This document shows, one piece after another, positions 30,560-40,241 of a stretch of 64,000 bases of DNA (the first letter of the stretch is position 1; every line of letters begins with the position of its first letter). The notes below the pieces were generated by a model that did not search any database, was not told the origin of the DNA, and saw nothing but the letters and a program-made list of their open reading frames with translations. The DNA lies in the NCBI GenBank assembly GCA_903851045.1, contig CAINNF010000012.1, forward strand, positions 37,189 through 101,188, given 5' to 3'. A program made the position numbers and the translations under genes. This DNA comes from Candidatus Adlerbacteria bacterium. GTDB lineage: Bacteria > Patescibacteriota > Minisyncoccia > Phycocordibacterales > SBAW01.

Positions 30560-30623
30560 ACCCTACGGATTCCTGGGGGTAGACTAGAAGTACCGGGCAA
30601 TTAGCTAACACAATAAAATATGT

Positions 30624-31781
30624 ATGTTTGACCTTAAAGTCATGAACTCGGTGCTGGGAGAGCTCGAGGAGGAGCGCGGCATACCGCGTGTCAAAGTGCT
30701 CGAAGCTATCGAAGCTGCGCTTGCCACCGCATATAAGAAGGAATACGCCAAGCGCGGGCAGATCATCCGTGCCCACCTCGACCTCTCGACCGGCACGACC
30801 GAATTTCAACAGGTCAAAGAGATCGTCGACGACACTTCGGTCCGTTTCGACGAAGAGGATGCCGAGGACGTATCCCCCGAAGCTTTGGCGAAGGAGGATG
30901 ACCTGCGTCCACGTTTTAATCCCGAGCAACATGTGCGGCTCGAGGATGCGAAACTTATGAAGCGTGATGCGAAGGTGGGTGACGAACTCGTCTTCCCGCT
31001 CGAAACGAAAGACGACTACGGCCGCATAGCGGCTCAAACCGCCAAACAGGTCATCATCCAAAAGATCCGCGAGGCCGAGAAGGTGTCCGTCGTCGCCGAG
31101 TACGGCGCACGACAGGGCGAGATTGTTTCCGGCACCGTCCAGCGCATGGAGCGCGGCAATATATACGTCGACCTCGGTCGCGCCACAGGCATACTCCCCT
31201 ACGACGAACAGATACCGGGCGAACGTTTTCGCCAAGGTGAGCGAGTGCGCGCACTTCTCTACCAGGTAGAAGAGTCCCCGCGTGGCATCTATCTGCGCCT
31301 TTCTCGTGCCAATGGCCAATTCCTCCAGAAACTATTCGAGATGGAAGCCCCCGAAGCTGCGAATGGCGTCGTTGTCTTTAAAGCGGTCGCTCGTGAGGCT
31401 GGCAGTCGCTCAAAGGTTGCGGTCGCATCCAACGACCCACACGTCGACCCGGTCGGTTCGCTCGTCGGCCAGCGCGGTGTCCGCGTCTCGACGGTCACAT
31501 CCGAACTTGGTGGCGAAAAGATCGACATCATCGAGTGGAACGGGGACCCGAAGGCATTCATAGAAGAAGCGCTCTCCCCTGCGCGCATCTCCAAGGTTGA
31601 GCTCGACGAGTCAGAGCACAAGGCGACCATCACAGTTGCGAGCGACCAGCAGTCCCTCGCCATCGGTCGCGGTGGTCAGAACGTCCGCCTTGCCGCCAAG
31701 CTCACCGGTTGGCGCATCGACATCCAATCTGTCGGCGGCGACGCTCAGGCTTCGAAAGATGCCGAGGTTGTAGAAGAATAA
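30624..31781 (+). CDS. nusA: Transcription factor NusA
   Basis: GRIAAQTAKQ, AREAG.RSK, GEKIDII, SLAIGRGGQNVRLA. Confidence 0.98.
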   Translation: MFDLKVMNSVLGELEEERGIPRVKVLEAIEAALATAYKKEYAKRGQIIRAHLDLSTGTTEFQQVKEIVDDTSVRFDEEDAEDVSPEALAKEDDLRPRFNPEQHVRLEDAKLMKRDAKVGDELVFPLETKDDYGRIAAQTAKQVIIQKIREAEKVSVVAEYGARQGEIVSGTVQRMERGNIYVDLGRATGILPYDEQIPGERFRQGERVRALLYQVEESPRGIYLRLSRANGQFLQKLFEMEAPEAANGVVVFKAVAREAGSRSKVAVASNDPHVDPVGSLVGQRGVRVSTVTSELGGEKIDIIEWNGDPKAFIEEALSPARISKVELDESEHKATITVASDQQSLAIGRGGQNVRLAAKLTGWRIDIQSVGGDAQASKDAEVVEE

Positions 31782-31806
31782 TTATCTGCGATAAATCACA
31801 AAGCAT

Positions 31807-32337
31807 ATGAATCTTTGGAAAGAAATTGCACCAGGTACGGCAGGCGAGATGAACGTTATCATCGAGATCAATCGCGGTTCGAACAACAAATACGAACTCG
31901 ACAAGGAGACAGGCCTCATCAAGCTCGACCGCGCCAATTACTCTGCGGCCGCATACCCGTTCGACTACGGCTTCGTCCCCCAGACGCTCTGGCACGACGG
32001 CGACCCGCTGGATGTCATCGTCCTGACCACCTATCCGCTTCTTCCTGGGATCCTCGTGACCGTACGCCCGGTGGCAGTGATGGAGATGATTGACAGCGGC
32101 GACTCGGACTACAAGATCATCGCGGTACCGACCGAGGACAAGCGTTGGGATGATGTGCAAGATCTTGCCGACATCAACAAACACACGCTCAAGGAGTTCC
32201 GTCACTTCTTCGAAACCTACAAATTGCTCAAGGGCAAGCCTGCACCGGTCGAGGTTGGTGAGGTACAAGGTAAGGAGGCTGCTGTCGCTGCATTCAACGA
32301 AAGTCTCGACCTCTACAAAAAGAAATTTGCTAAGTAA
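31807..32337 (+). CDS. ppa: Inorganic pyrophosphatase
   Basis: KYE.DK, YGFVPQT, DGDPLD, D.K motifs. Confidence 0.97.
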   Translation: MNLWKEIAPGTAGEMNVIIEINRGSNNKYELDKETGLIKLDRANYSAAAYPFDYGFVPQTLWHDGDPLDVIVLTTYPLLPGILVTVRPVAVMEMIDSGDSDYKIIAVPTEDKRWDDVQDLADINKHTLKEFRHFFETYKLLKGKPAPVEVGEVQGKEAAVAAFNESLDLYKKKFAK

Positions 32338-32371
32338 TCGCACGAGGTATACCTCCTGCTAGTATCGCCAC

Positions 32372-33661
32372 ATGACACACAACGAGCATTTAGACGAGCT
32401 CGCGAGATCCTTCGCGCTCAAAACGCTTCCCGACTCCGAGGTCGAACTCGAGGGGGACATACCCTTTGCCGACATAGAGCCGCTCCAGGAGCGCGCACTC
32501 AGGCACTTTGCCGAAGAGGTGGAGTTGCCCGGCTTTCGCAAAGGGCATGTACCGCTCGACATGGTCAAGAAGCGCGTCGGCGACATCGCGATCCTCGAGG
32601 AGGCGGTGGAGTTCTTCATGCGAGACTTCTATCCCGCACTCGTCACGGTACGCGAGGTAGAGGCCATCGGCCGCCCCGAGATCCGCATCACGAAATTGGC
32701 ACCCGGCAATCCGATCGGCATCGTCATCAAGACCGCCGTCTACCCTACCATCGAACTCCCCAAGGGATGGAAGACGCTCCACGAGTCTATCCCCCAGGAA
32801 GATGCGTCGGTCGTAACCGACACTGAGATCGACGACGCACTCACCTCGATCCGTCGCGCATATGCGAAGGCGAACATGACGACCGCAGCAGGAAAGTCGG
32901 ATTCTGCAGCGTCCCCTAGCAGTCCTGCAGCGGAGGAGTCCGACTTTCCTGCTGCGGATACACAAATCCCCACCCAGGCAGCGGCAGCATCTGCTTCTTC
33001 CGCTGCAGGTCATAACGGGGACGCTGCAGAAGCAGATGCTGCCGCTGCCTCCCCCATCACCAAAATTCCCGCAGAGGACACGCTTCCTTCGCTCGATGAC
33101 GCGTTCGCGCAGTCGCTCGGACCGTTCGCGAACCTTGCGGACCTCAAGGACAAGATGCGTCAAAATCTTTTGACGGAGAAGGAGCAAAAAGCTCGCGACG
33201 CTCGCCGCGGTAAGGTAATCGAAGCGCTTCTCGCGAAAGCCGACTTTTCTGTCCCGACCATCTTCGTCGACAGCGAGCTCGAGAAGATCCTTGGTCAGAT
33301 GGGCGAGGATGTGCAGCGCTACGGCATGACGATGGAGGACTATCTCAAGCGCATCAACAAGACCGAGACGGATGTGCGCAACGAGCTTCACGACCAAGCG
33401 ACCAAGCGCGCTCGACTCCAGCTGATACTCAACAAGATCGCTGGCGAAGAGAAGATCGAACCCGACCAAGCGGCGGTAGATGAGGAGATGAAGCACGCGC
33501 TCGAGCACTTCCCCGAAGCGCGCCCCGACCTCCTCAAGATTCACATCGAGACCATCATCCGCAACGACAAAGTCCTCCAGATGCTCGAGGGCAAAGAGGT
33601 CGAAAAGGCAAAAGCACCCGACCACCACAACCACGAAGAGCACGACCATTCACACGGGTAA
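32372..33661 (+). CDS. tig: Trigger factor lacking the FKBP domain; Ala/Ser-rich insert; His-rich tail
   Basis: PGFRKGHVP ribosome-binding motif, LDDAFA, C-terminal SurA-like region. Confidence 0.92.
   Translation: MTHNEHLDELARSFALKTLPDSEVELEGDIPFADIEPLQERALRHFAEEVELPGFRKGHVPLDMVKKRVGDIAILEEAVEFFMRDFYPALVTVREVEAIGRPEIRITKLAPGNPIGIVIKTAVYPTIELPKGWKTLHESIPQEDASVVTDTEIDDALTSIRRAYAKANMTTAAGKSDSAASPSSPAAEESDFPAADTQIPTQAAAASASSAAGHNGDAAEADAAAASPITKIPAEDTLPSLDDAFAQSLGPFANLADLKDKMRQNLLTEKEQKARDARRGKVIEALLAKADFSVPTIFVDSELEKILGQMGEDVQRYGMTMEDYLKRINKTETDVRNELHDQATKRARLQLILNKIAGEEKIEPDQAAVDEEMKHALEHFPEARPDLLKIHIETIIRNDKVLQMLEGKEVEKAKAPDHHNHEEHDHSHG
32883..33050. repeat. Two 75-bp palindromic elements in inverted orientation, in frame in tig
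   Basis: 32883..32957 and 32976..33050 each have ~22-bp arms. Their cores are reverse complements (TCTGCAGCGTCCCC…CCTGCAGCGGARGA). Confidence 0.85.
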
Positions 33662-33680
33662 TCACCTTTTTAGAAACACA

Positions 33681-33712
33681 AAAACACCACCCAACTCGGA
33701 TGGTGTTTTTTT
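33681..33712. terminator. Terminator after tig
   Basis: AAAACACCA-cccaactcgga-TGGTGTTTTTTT. Confidence 0.75.
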
Positions 33713-33719
33713 GTTATTG

Positions 33720-33975
33720 TAACCCCAGCGCTACGGGCGCAAGATGCGCGAGGAGAGAGATTTGTGAGCGCCTCGCTTCCGCCTAGTATGACCTAGTACG
33801 AAGCCAAGCGCTCAACACACCTCACACCCGCAGCGCCGGGGGTACAATGTTTCGAAACATTCCTGTCTCTTGAGACACCACACAATGTGTTAGTGTGACG
33901 TCCCCAGTAGACAGAGCGAGGTGTCGGCACTGATGCAACCACGCATCCAACCGATACTCGCCCATAAACCATAAG
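33720..33975 (-). ncRNA. Candidate structured 3' trailer RNA of the island operon
   Basis: Nested stem ACCCCAGCGCTACGGG…CCCGCAGCGCCGGGGGT, AATGTTTCGAAACATT, TGTCTC-tt-GAGACA, GCGAGGTGTCGG…CCGATACTCGC; no convincing ORF. Confidence 0.45.
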
Positions 33976-33978
33976 AAC

Positions 33979-35532
33979 TTACTTACAAAGCCGCTCCCGC
34001 AGCTCAGCAAGTTTGGCGAATGGACTATCCGAGTTGGTTTCACCAACCCGGCCATCCTCCGAAGTATCGTCCACCTTGGGAGCTTGTGGCTCCCGTTTGG
34101 GTTTTACAGGAACAGTAGGTGACACCTGCTCCTGCCTTGCGGAAGCGACGCGAACGCCGCTTTCCGTCACCCACGAGCAGCCGTGAAGCTGCCCGAGCCG
34201 AGCGAGGGTTTCCCTTTGTTCGGGCGTGAGCCCGTCAACAGGAAGTTTGTGCACCACACCATCGCGCTCGGCATGCTCGCGGAACCCCTCCCACGAGAGA
34301 GACGCCTCCCTTGGGTACACATAGTCCCAGTGACGGGTATGTGTCCCCCGCTGGTGCGACCGAGAGTATTCGTCTCGGTCGTGCTCGCGCAGCGATCCGT
34401 CTGGACGGATAACGTACCCGCCCCCGTCGCCGCGCTGACTGCTCGTATGCACAAAAGCGGAGAAATCCGCGAGAGCACGACCAGACGCAACTGCTGCAGC
34501 CATCTGCTCGGCCTCTTCGGCTTTGCGTCTAGCTTCAGCTTCTTCTGCAGCCTGACGCCTTGCCTGCTCCTCGGCACGAACGCGAGCAGTCTCGAGCTGT
34601 TCGCGGAACTTCACCAGCTCCGCGACCGCATGGTTGCATACCTGTTCCGCCTCACTGCGCTGCCGTTTCCAGGAAAGCACGAAATAGGTCCGAGACCAGG
34701 ATGTATTTGCCTCGACCACGCCGTATACCTTGAGGTCGCGGCCATTTATGTCGCGGCCGTAGACAAACTCAACCAGTGGCGGAATCGTCGCCGTATGATT
34801 GGACGCAAAATCCGGCACAGAAACTTCCGGAAACTTCGCAGCCCGCCACACAGCATCATTCCATCCAGCAGACGTGAGTCCGCCAGATAAATCAACCTCA
34901 ACCAACGGGGCTGAAAGAAGCAACTCACCGTTCGCAACGCGAGTTGTGATGCTCGCGACCGCTTCGTCGGTGAGCTGCGGAACAGGGAAATTATATTCCA
35001 AGTCCCTGCCCTCTTGCCGCCGCGAGTAGAGATCGCCCACGAACGGCTTCACACCACCCGCAATCCAGATGAGTGGTTCGACCATACCCTTTGCGGGGGC
35101 ATGGTCGAACTGCTCGAAAACGAGCAGTGCAGCGGGCGAAAAGCGACTCGCATAGACTGAACCGTTAGAATGGAAGTAGTACGTCGAATACCCCTTCCAT
35201 GCATCGGGCACTAGCCCGAAACGAGCGGTAAGAAGCGCAGACGCTTCTTGTTCGCCGAACAGTGCACACGAGCGGAGGACCTCCGCTTCATGTGCAATTG
35301 CCTGTCGGACGGCCTTGCCCAGATCGAACCATGCATGGTTCGCCTGGTACATTGCTCTGCCCCGCGCGTCGCGCTTCTCTACCGGGACGAGCTCGACCCG
35401 GACGATCTGCCCAGGATCAACATCGCGCGGCAAGAAGACGATGCTTCCGCCGTGCGACGAGATGCACTGACGCGTCTCGTCGTACTTTTTCCCCTTCTCT
35501 GCAAGAAGGGTCGCAATAGGTGTGTCGGCCAT
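33979..35532 (-). CDS. Hypothetical protein (517 aa), N-terminal half paralogous to 38585..39322; coiled coil; C-terminal SPFAKL motif
   Basis: SD GGGAGGG; shared motifs IVFLP…G..VR..L…G..MY…R.AIA.EA…LLVFE…L.W.A. Confidence 0.85.
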   Translation of the reverse strand: MADTPIATLLAEKGKKYDETRQCISSHGGSIVFLPRDVDPGQIVRVELVPVEKRDARGRAMYQANHAWFDLGKAVRQAIAHEAEVLRSCALFGEQEASALLTARFGLVPDAWKGYSTYYFHSNGSVYASRFSPAALLVFEQFDHAPAKGMVEPLIWIAGGVKPFVGDLYSRRQEGRDLEYNFPVPQLTDEAVASITTRVANGELLLSAPLVEVDLSGGLTSAGWNDAVWRAAKFPEVSVPDFASNHTATIPPLVEFVYGRDINGRDLKVYGVVEANTSWSRTYFVLSWKRQRSEAEQVCNHAVAELVKFREQLETARVRAEEQARRQAAEEAEARRKAEEAEQMAAAVASGRALADFSAFVHTSSQRGDGGGYVIRPDGSLREHDRDEYSRSHQRGTHTRHWDYVYPREASLSWEGFREHAERDGVVHKLPVDGLTPEQRETLARLGQLHGCSWVTESGVRVASARQEQVSPTVPVKPKREPQAPKVDDTSEDGRVGETNSDSPFAKLAELRERLCK

Positions 35533-35656
35533 GTCGGCCCTCCCTCAGAGGAATCATTCCTCAACGGCCCAATCTCCCCCATGGAGACAAGGCCGATAAA
35601 GGAGGCCTCGGACACACCAACCACGGTGCGCCCGAGACCAAACCAGAAAAGAACTG

Positions 35657-37261
35657 TCAGAGGCGGTTGAATACCTCTTGTGCGTCGGCGTCGGAGAACG
35701 ACGAGGCACGAAGAATGTCGCCATCGCAGAACCTCTTGAGCGTGGCGTCGCTCGTATGGCCAACGTCGCAGAGAATCCCCACGACATTGACCCCACGCAG
35801 ACGCTTTTCTGCAAGAAATTCCGCCAGAAACGCCTCCGTGACATGGGCGTCGCCATCGGTGATGAAGGCAATGTCCGCTTTTTTGAGACCCTCAATCCGA
35901 ATCGTATTCATCGCGTCGGTGAGCGGACGCTCAAAGTCCGTACCCGATGCTTTGAGAAACGTTTCGGCGATCTCAAGGGTCTCTCTGGGCGAGAGTCGTC
36001 CACCTTTATACACACGGGTCACGTTTTTGGAATCACGTGCTCCGTAATGTATCCAAACGAACGATCTTTTGCGGAGTTTTGCATAGTATGCAAGTGCGAG
36101 CACTGTCGCCTTCGCCCACACCTGCTTCGCCCCTTCCATAGAACCGGAGCCATCTTCGCAGACCACCACCGGCCCCTCGCCCATTTTTTGCTTCGCCTCT
36201 TCGCCACGCAGACGAAGCTCGCCCCTGCTCCAGCGCGTGAGAGCTTTCGTACGGAGTGCAGGATGCGCGAGCGCAACAAGCTCGGAGGAGACCGCGCGTT
36301 TGATGTCGCGGCCCGTCTCAAACTTCGTCACGCGCACACCCTCGGCCTGCTCCTTGGACCGCGCCTTGCGAGCAGCGATCTTTTTGATTCGGCCGAGGAT
36401 TTTAGCGAAGTCCTTGAACGCTTTATTATTTTGTATGCGTTCAAGAAGGGCGAGAGCTTCGGGGATACCCTCACGGGTCAACTCCCCTTCCTCAAAGCCC
36501 CATGTCTGGAGGGTCTCCGACACCTCCTCGACCTTCTCTTTGGCTCGCTTCGCTGCGGCGAGGCCGAGGCGTGCGAGCTCTTGCAGTTTCTTTGCCGCTG
36601 CTTCGCTCCCGGGTTTCCCCATCAGCGATTCGGCGGCGGCATCGGCTTGCGCCTGCGCAGTATCAGCTGCCGCACGAGCAGCTTGCGCCTGTGCACGTGC
36701 CTCTGCCGCTTGCGCGGAGAGACCGGCTGCTTGTGAAGAGGGTTGCCCCGCCCCGCCAGCAGATTGTGCTTGCTCGGCCAATTCGCCGAGCATATCAGCC
36801 TCAGCTTCGGCCTTTTGAGCTTCGGCCTCTGTCTCGTCCGCCGTATTTTGCGCGTCGGCGGACTCTTGAAGCTTTTTTGCATCCCCTTTCGACACATTCG
36901 CGACGATGGTGTCACCCATCGTGAGCGTGCCAAGGATGGACGCGAGCTCCGAGAACCGCGTCTGCGCATGGAGCCCCTCGTAGGCGGATGTCGCCATCGC
37001 GCCTTTGAGAATCTCCGCGAAGAAGCTCCGGTCGCTCGGCGCATCATCGCGCACCACAGGCGTTGCCGCCCAAAGCACGTGATAGATGTCGGCGAGCGCG
37101 CCGGCAGTGCCGGGGAGCTTCTGCTCCCCGGCAGCCTCGAGTTCGGCAAGTGCGGGCATACGCTCGCGTTGCCGGAGGAAGCGGAGCGCCGTGAAGGCGT
37201 CCGCGTCTGTCACGAGCAGCTTTTGCAAGTCTGCCCGCGACAGTGTCTTCGGTGCCTTCAT
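35657..37261 (-). CDS. VWA-domain protein (ViaA-like)
   Basis: MIDAS DGSGSM, GTDF, ITDG; Ala-rich coiled linker; G.DI…SEL..L motif. Confidence 0.9.
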   Translation of the reverse strand: MKAPKTLSRADLQKLLVTDADAFTALRFLRQRERMPALAELEAAGEQKLPGTAGALADIYHVLWAATPVVRDDAPSDRSFFAEILKGAMATSAYEGLHAQTRFSELASILGTLTMGDTIVANVSKGDAKKLQESADAQNTADETEAEAQKAEAEADMLGELAEQAQSAGGAGQPSSQAAGLSAQAAEARAQAQAARAAADTAQAQADAAAESLMGKPGSEAAAKKLQELARLGLAAAKRAKEKVEEVSETLQTWGFEEGELTREGIPEALALLERIQNNKAFKDFAKILGRIKKIAARKARSKEQAEGVRVTKFETGRDIKRAVSSELVALAHPALRTKALTRWSRGELRLRGEEAKQKMGEGPVVVCEDGSGSMEGAKQVWAKATVLALAYYAKLRKRSFVWIHYGARDSKNVTRVYKGGRLSPRETLEIAETFLKASGTDFERPLTDAMNTIRIEGLKKADIAFITDGDAHVTEAFLAEFLAEKRLRGVNVVGILCDVGHTSDATLKRFCDGDILRASSFSDADAQEVFNRL

Positions 37262-37269
37262 AGCCCCTC

Positions 37270-38472
37270 CTACCGGCGGACGCCCGTCGCCTTCGCGACG
37301 AACTCCGCCTTCTTTTTGCCAACCTCTTTCCGCAGGTCGGCGATTGCGGTCTTATCGACCCCGCTTGCCTCACCTTCGAGACGACCGAGCTCGCGCTCGG
37401 TCTCCTCGAACTGCGCGAGCGCGGGAACCAGCTTGTTGCGGTCGCCGCCCTCGACGAGAGCGACCATGCCACCCGGCGCAAAAAGCGCGTCCACCTGCTC
37501 CTGCGCATCCGAGAGAGGCGTGCGCACGAGCGGGGCAATCTTCGCCTTCACGACCGGGATCTGCTCGGGAGTGTCCCAGAGCAGGTACTCGAGCACGCGC
37601 AGATCGGCAGAGCCGACCTGCGCACGCCCGTCGAGTATCGCCGACGCTTGCAAGACGTCGAATACCCGCCCGAATCGCCGATCGTCGTCCCAGAGCCACT
37701 GGAAACCGGCCGTGTCCTCGTCGAGCAGCTGCTGATACAAGTCGAGAACGAGCTCGACCATATCGTCAGCAACCTCGACGAACGGCCGCGCTTCCCGCAG
37801 CGTCTCGACTTCCGCGAGCGAAAGCCGAGCAGCGGCAGACACAGCAGCACCACGGTCGCGAACAAGTCGCGCCGCAACGAGCGACAGCTTTCCACCGCGA
37901 TCCAGCGGGTCCACCTGCACGCGGAGGGTCATTCGCGACCACATCGCGCCCAGGTTTCCTTCTGGGTCGGGCGGCTCGTTGCTGGCCGCGAGAAACGCGA
38001 GAAGCGGCGGCTTGAAGTCGCGCCCCTCGTGCCGGATTGCGTCCCCGTTCGCGAAGTCGAGAACGGTCTGGAGAACGCGCGGGTCCCCCTTCCATATCTC
38101 GTCCGCGAAGAAGAAATGTGCGTTCGCGGCGCGCCCGATCGAGTCACGCGTGCGAATGAGCTTGCGCCCCTCCGCGTCGACTGACTCCTCGATCGCGGTC
38201 TCTTCGACGAAGAGTCCCTCGAACGAGGTCATGGTCGGCATGAGAGCCCCGTAGTAGCGGGCACCCTCGATCACGCGCGACAAGTCCTTCACGGTGCCCG
38301 TTTTGTTGATACCGGGCGATCCGAGAAAGAACGCGGGGTGGCCGGCGACCGTCGCGAGCATCGTTGCCCGCACGATTGCCTCGCGTCCGATGTTGCGCGA
38401 AGCAACGTCGGCCCCGACAATCGCCACTTTCGGCGCGAGGCCTGTGGCGAGATTGAGAATTTCCTTATTCAT
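37270..38472 (-). CDS. MoxR/RavA-like AAA+ ATPase
   Basis: Walker A GSPGINKT, Walker B FADEIWK, ASNE sensor, DRR..R. Confidence 0.9.
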   Translation of the reverse strand: MNKEILNLATGLAPKVAIVGADVASRNIGREAIVRATMLATVAGHPAFFLGSPGINKTGTVKDLSRVIEGARYYGALMPTMTSFEGLFVEETAIEESVDAEGRKLIRTRDSIGRAANAHFFFADEIWKGDPRVLQTVLDFANGDAIRHEGRDFKPPLLAFLAASNEPPDPEGNLGAMWSRMTLRVQVDPLDRGGKLSLVAARLVRDRGAAVSAAARLSLAEVETLREARPFVEVADDMVELVLDLYQQLLDEDTAGFQWLWDDDRRFGRVFDVLQASAILDGRAQVGSADLRVLEYLLWDTPEQIPVVKAKIAPLVRTPLSDAQEQVDALFAPGGMVALVEGGDRNKLVPALAQFEETERELGRLEGEASGVDKTAIADLRKEVGKKKAEFVAKATGVRR

Positions 38473-38486
38473 CAGTCTGTCCCTTT

Positions 38487-38590
38487 CTTGCCCGTGACCT
38501 TCGACTTCGCTCAGGTCGTGGGCGTGGGTGCCGCGAGCGTCCTCGCAGCTTGTTTGAAGATTTCATCGCCATAATCCCGTCGGATTATGG
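38487..38590 (-). repeat. Displaced copy of the 3' end and downstream flank of gene 39349..39627 (matches 39337..39428)
   Basis: IIRRDYGDEIFKQAARTLAAPTPTT* versus MIRRDYGEDIFNQAARTFAAPTPTT*; both followed by GTCACGGGCAAG. Confidence 0.92.
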
Positions 38591-39322
38591 TTCGCGGAGT
38601 ATTCTGTCTGCCTCCGCGTCGGACATCCCTACAGTGAGACGCGTGCTTAGCGCCTCATTGCGTGTGGATGCCCGCTCGACACTCTCAAGCCATGCATCCG
38701 AAATCTGTACACGCCGATACTCCTTACCGGCCTGCACAGCATCTGCGATAGACGGATTAGCCATCCACTGCAGACACTCTTCCAGCTGGAGCTGGTCTGC
38801 GCTTGGCAGAAGCTCGAACACAAGGAGCATCTGCCGCGAGAGAGTCGTGTGACGTATCTCCCCCGAGGCGAATATGACGCGACCGTACTCAATACTAGGT
38901 GCGCCACTCCACTCACGCGCCAGACTGAAGAGCAGAGCTCGACGCTTTATCCAAGAAAGCGACCGAGCGAACCCAGTCCCCTCTTGGAGCATGCGAGAAA
39001 AAGCCTGCTCCATTGGGAGCGACTCTCCATCACGCTCCATGCGGAGAAGCATGCTTGCTTCTTCCGCAATTGCTCGCCTGCACTCTTGCGATAGGGTTGG
39101 AGGTGCGAGCTCGCCACGGTACATGAATGCCCCGGTAGCACTTCTTTTCGCCAAAACTTGTAGTCTGGCTCGTACAACCGAGCCAATTTTCAGACTTGGC
39201 GGCAAAAATACAATGGGTCCGCGACGAATCCTCCCGCCGATGAAGCCGACGCGGTCGGCGTCACTTCTTCGGCCTCGCTCGACAGCGAGGTATTCCACCT
39301 TGCCGTCCCTGTTTTCATCCAT
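38585..39322 (-). CDS. Hypothetical protein (245 aa), paralog of the N-terminal half of 33979..35532
   Basis: SD GGAG; alignable motifs across ~200 aa. Confidence 0.8.
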   Translation of the reverse strand: MDENRDGKVEYLAVERGRRSDADRVGFIGGRIRRGPIVFLPPSLKIGSVVRARLQVLAKRSATGAFMYRGELAPPTLSQECRRAIAEEASMLLRMERDGESLPMEQAFSRMLQEGTGFARSLSWIKRRALLFSLAREWSGAPSIEYGRVIFASGEIRHTTLSRQMLLVFELLPSADQLQLEECLQWMANPSIADAVQAGKEYRRVQISDAWLESVERASTRNEALSTRLTVGMSDAEADRILREP

Positions 39323-39348
39323 ATCTCCATCCTCTCCTTGCCCGTGAC

Positions 39349-39627
39349 CTAAGTCGTGGGCGTGGGTGCTGCGAACGTCCTTGCAGCTTGGTTGAAGATG
39401 TCCTCGCCATAATCCCGTCGAATCATGGCGAGCCAACGCGTCGCTTTCGCGACACCGGTAGCCTGCATGCCTCCGATGCCGTGCTTGTGCGCCGCGATGG
39501 AGGCAAGGTCGAACGCGGCCGAAGGCGACTTATCCCGCGCAATGCCAATGCACTCCATACGGAGCGCCTCGGGCACCTGCGCGAGCACACCGGCACGAAG
39601 CTGGAGCTCATGCAGTGGACGAGACAT
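39349..39627 (-). CDS. Small hypothetical protein
   Basis: Overlaps the HD gene end, SD GGGAGG; the duplicated 3' end shows codon-level conservation. Confidence 0.75.
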   Translation of the reverse strand: MSRPLHELQLRAGVLAQVPEALRMECIGIARDKSPSAAFDLASIAAHKHGIGGMQATGVAKATRWLAMIRRDYGEDIFNQAARTFAAPTPTT

Positions 39628-40132
39628 GCTCGACCTCCCGCAAAAGCTCCTCGATTAAGGGCGCGCCATCCGGATCGATCTCGTACCACAGCGGCAGCGC
39701 AGACCGAATCTCCGCAAGCTTGCGCTCACGGAACTCAGGTGGCGCGTGCCGCAGAGTGTTGAGATTGTCCAGGCGGTCGGACCGCTTCACAGTGACCGCT
39801 AAGCAGCCACCGACGGCCACGCGACGAAGATACACTGCATCCGGCTCCTCTTCCTCCTCGTGGCTTAATGCACGAACGACCCGCGCCACTCGCTCGCCGA
39901 ACTGCTCGGCAAGCGCAGCATCCGTCGTGTCCGTATCCTCGAGCACATCGTGCAAGAGGGCGGACACAATGAGATCCTCAGCATCACTGCCGAGGAGCCC
40001 GTTGTCGCACGCGAATTGCGCGGCAATAAGCGCCACGCGCATCACGTGCTCAATCTGGGACTCGCCGCCGGGGCGGGTTTGTCCCTTATGTCCCACTTGC
40101 GCGAACGCAAGCGCTGCGGGAATTTTATTCAT
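39608..40132 (-). CDS. HD-domain hydrolase, RelA/SpoT small alarmone hydrolase (Mesh1-like)
   Basis: H.GQ.R..G…H..RV, LLHDVLEDT, FG..VA.VV..L, VK.SDRLDN. Confidence 0.9.
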   Translation of the reverse strand: MNKIPAALAFAQVGHKGQTRPGGESQIEHVMRVALIAAQFACDNGLLGSDAEDLIVSALLHDVLEDTDTTDAALAEQFGERVARVVRALSHEEEEEPDAVYLRRVAVGGCLAVTVKRSDRLDNLNTLRHAPPEFRERKLAEIRSALPLWYEIDPDGAPLIEELLREVEHVSSTA

Positions 40133-40241
40133 AGGTCTCCTCGTCCCTATCAACCCGCGAATGATCCGCGAGCTGAATAAGTCTGGCGAACGCACACGGT
40201 ACCACCGCGCACGCTCGCCAAAAAACCAAGAACCAGTTACT

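Noticed and set aside
38487-39428. DGR template/variable repeat pair
   Set aside because: Differences are not confined to adenines and look synonymous or conservative; no reverse transcriptase in the window.
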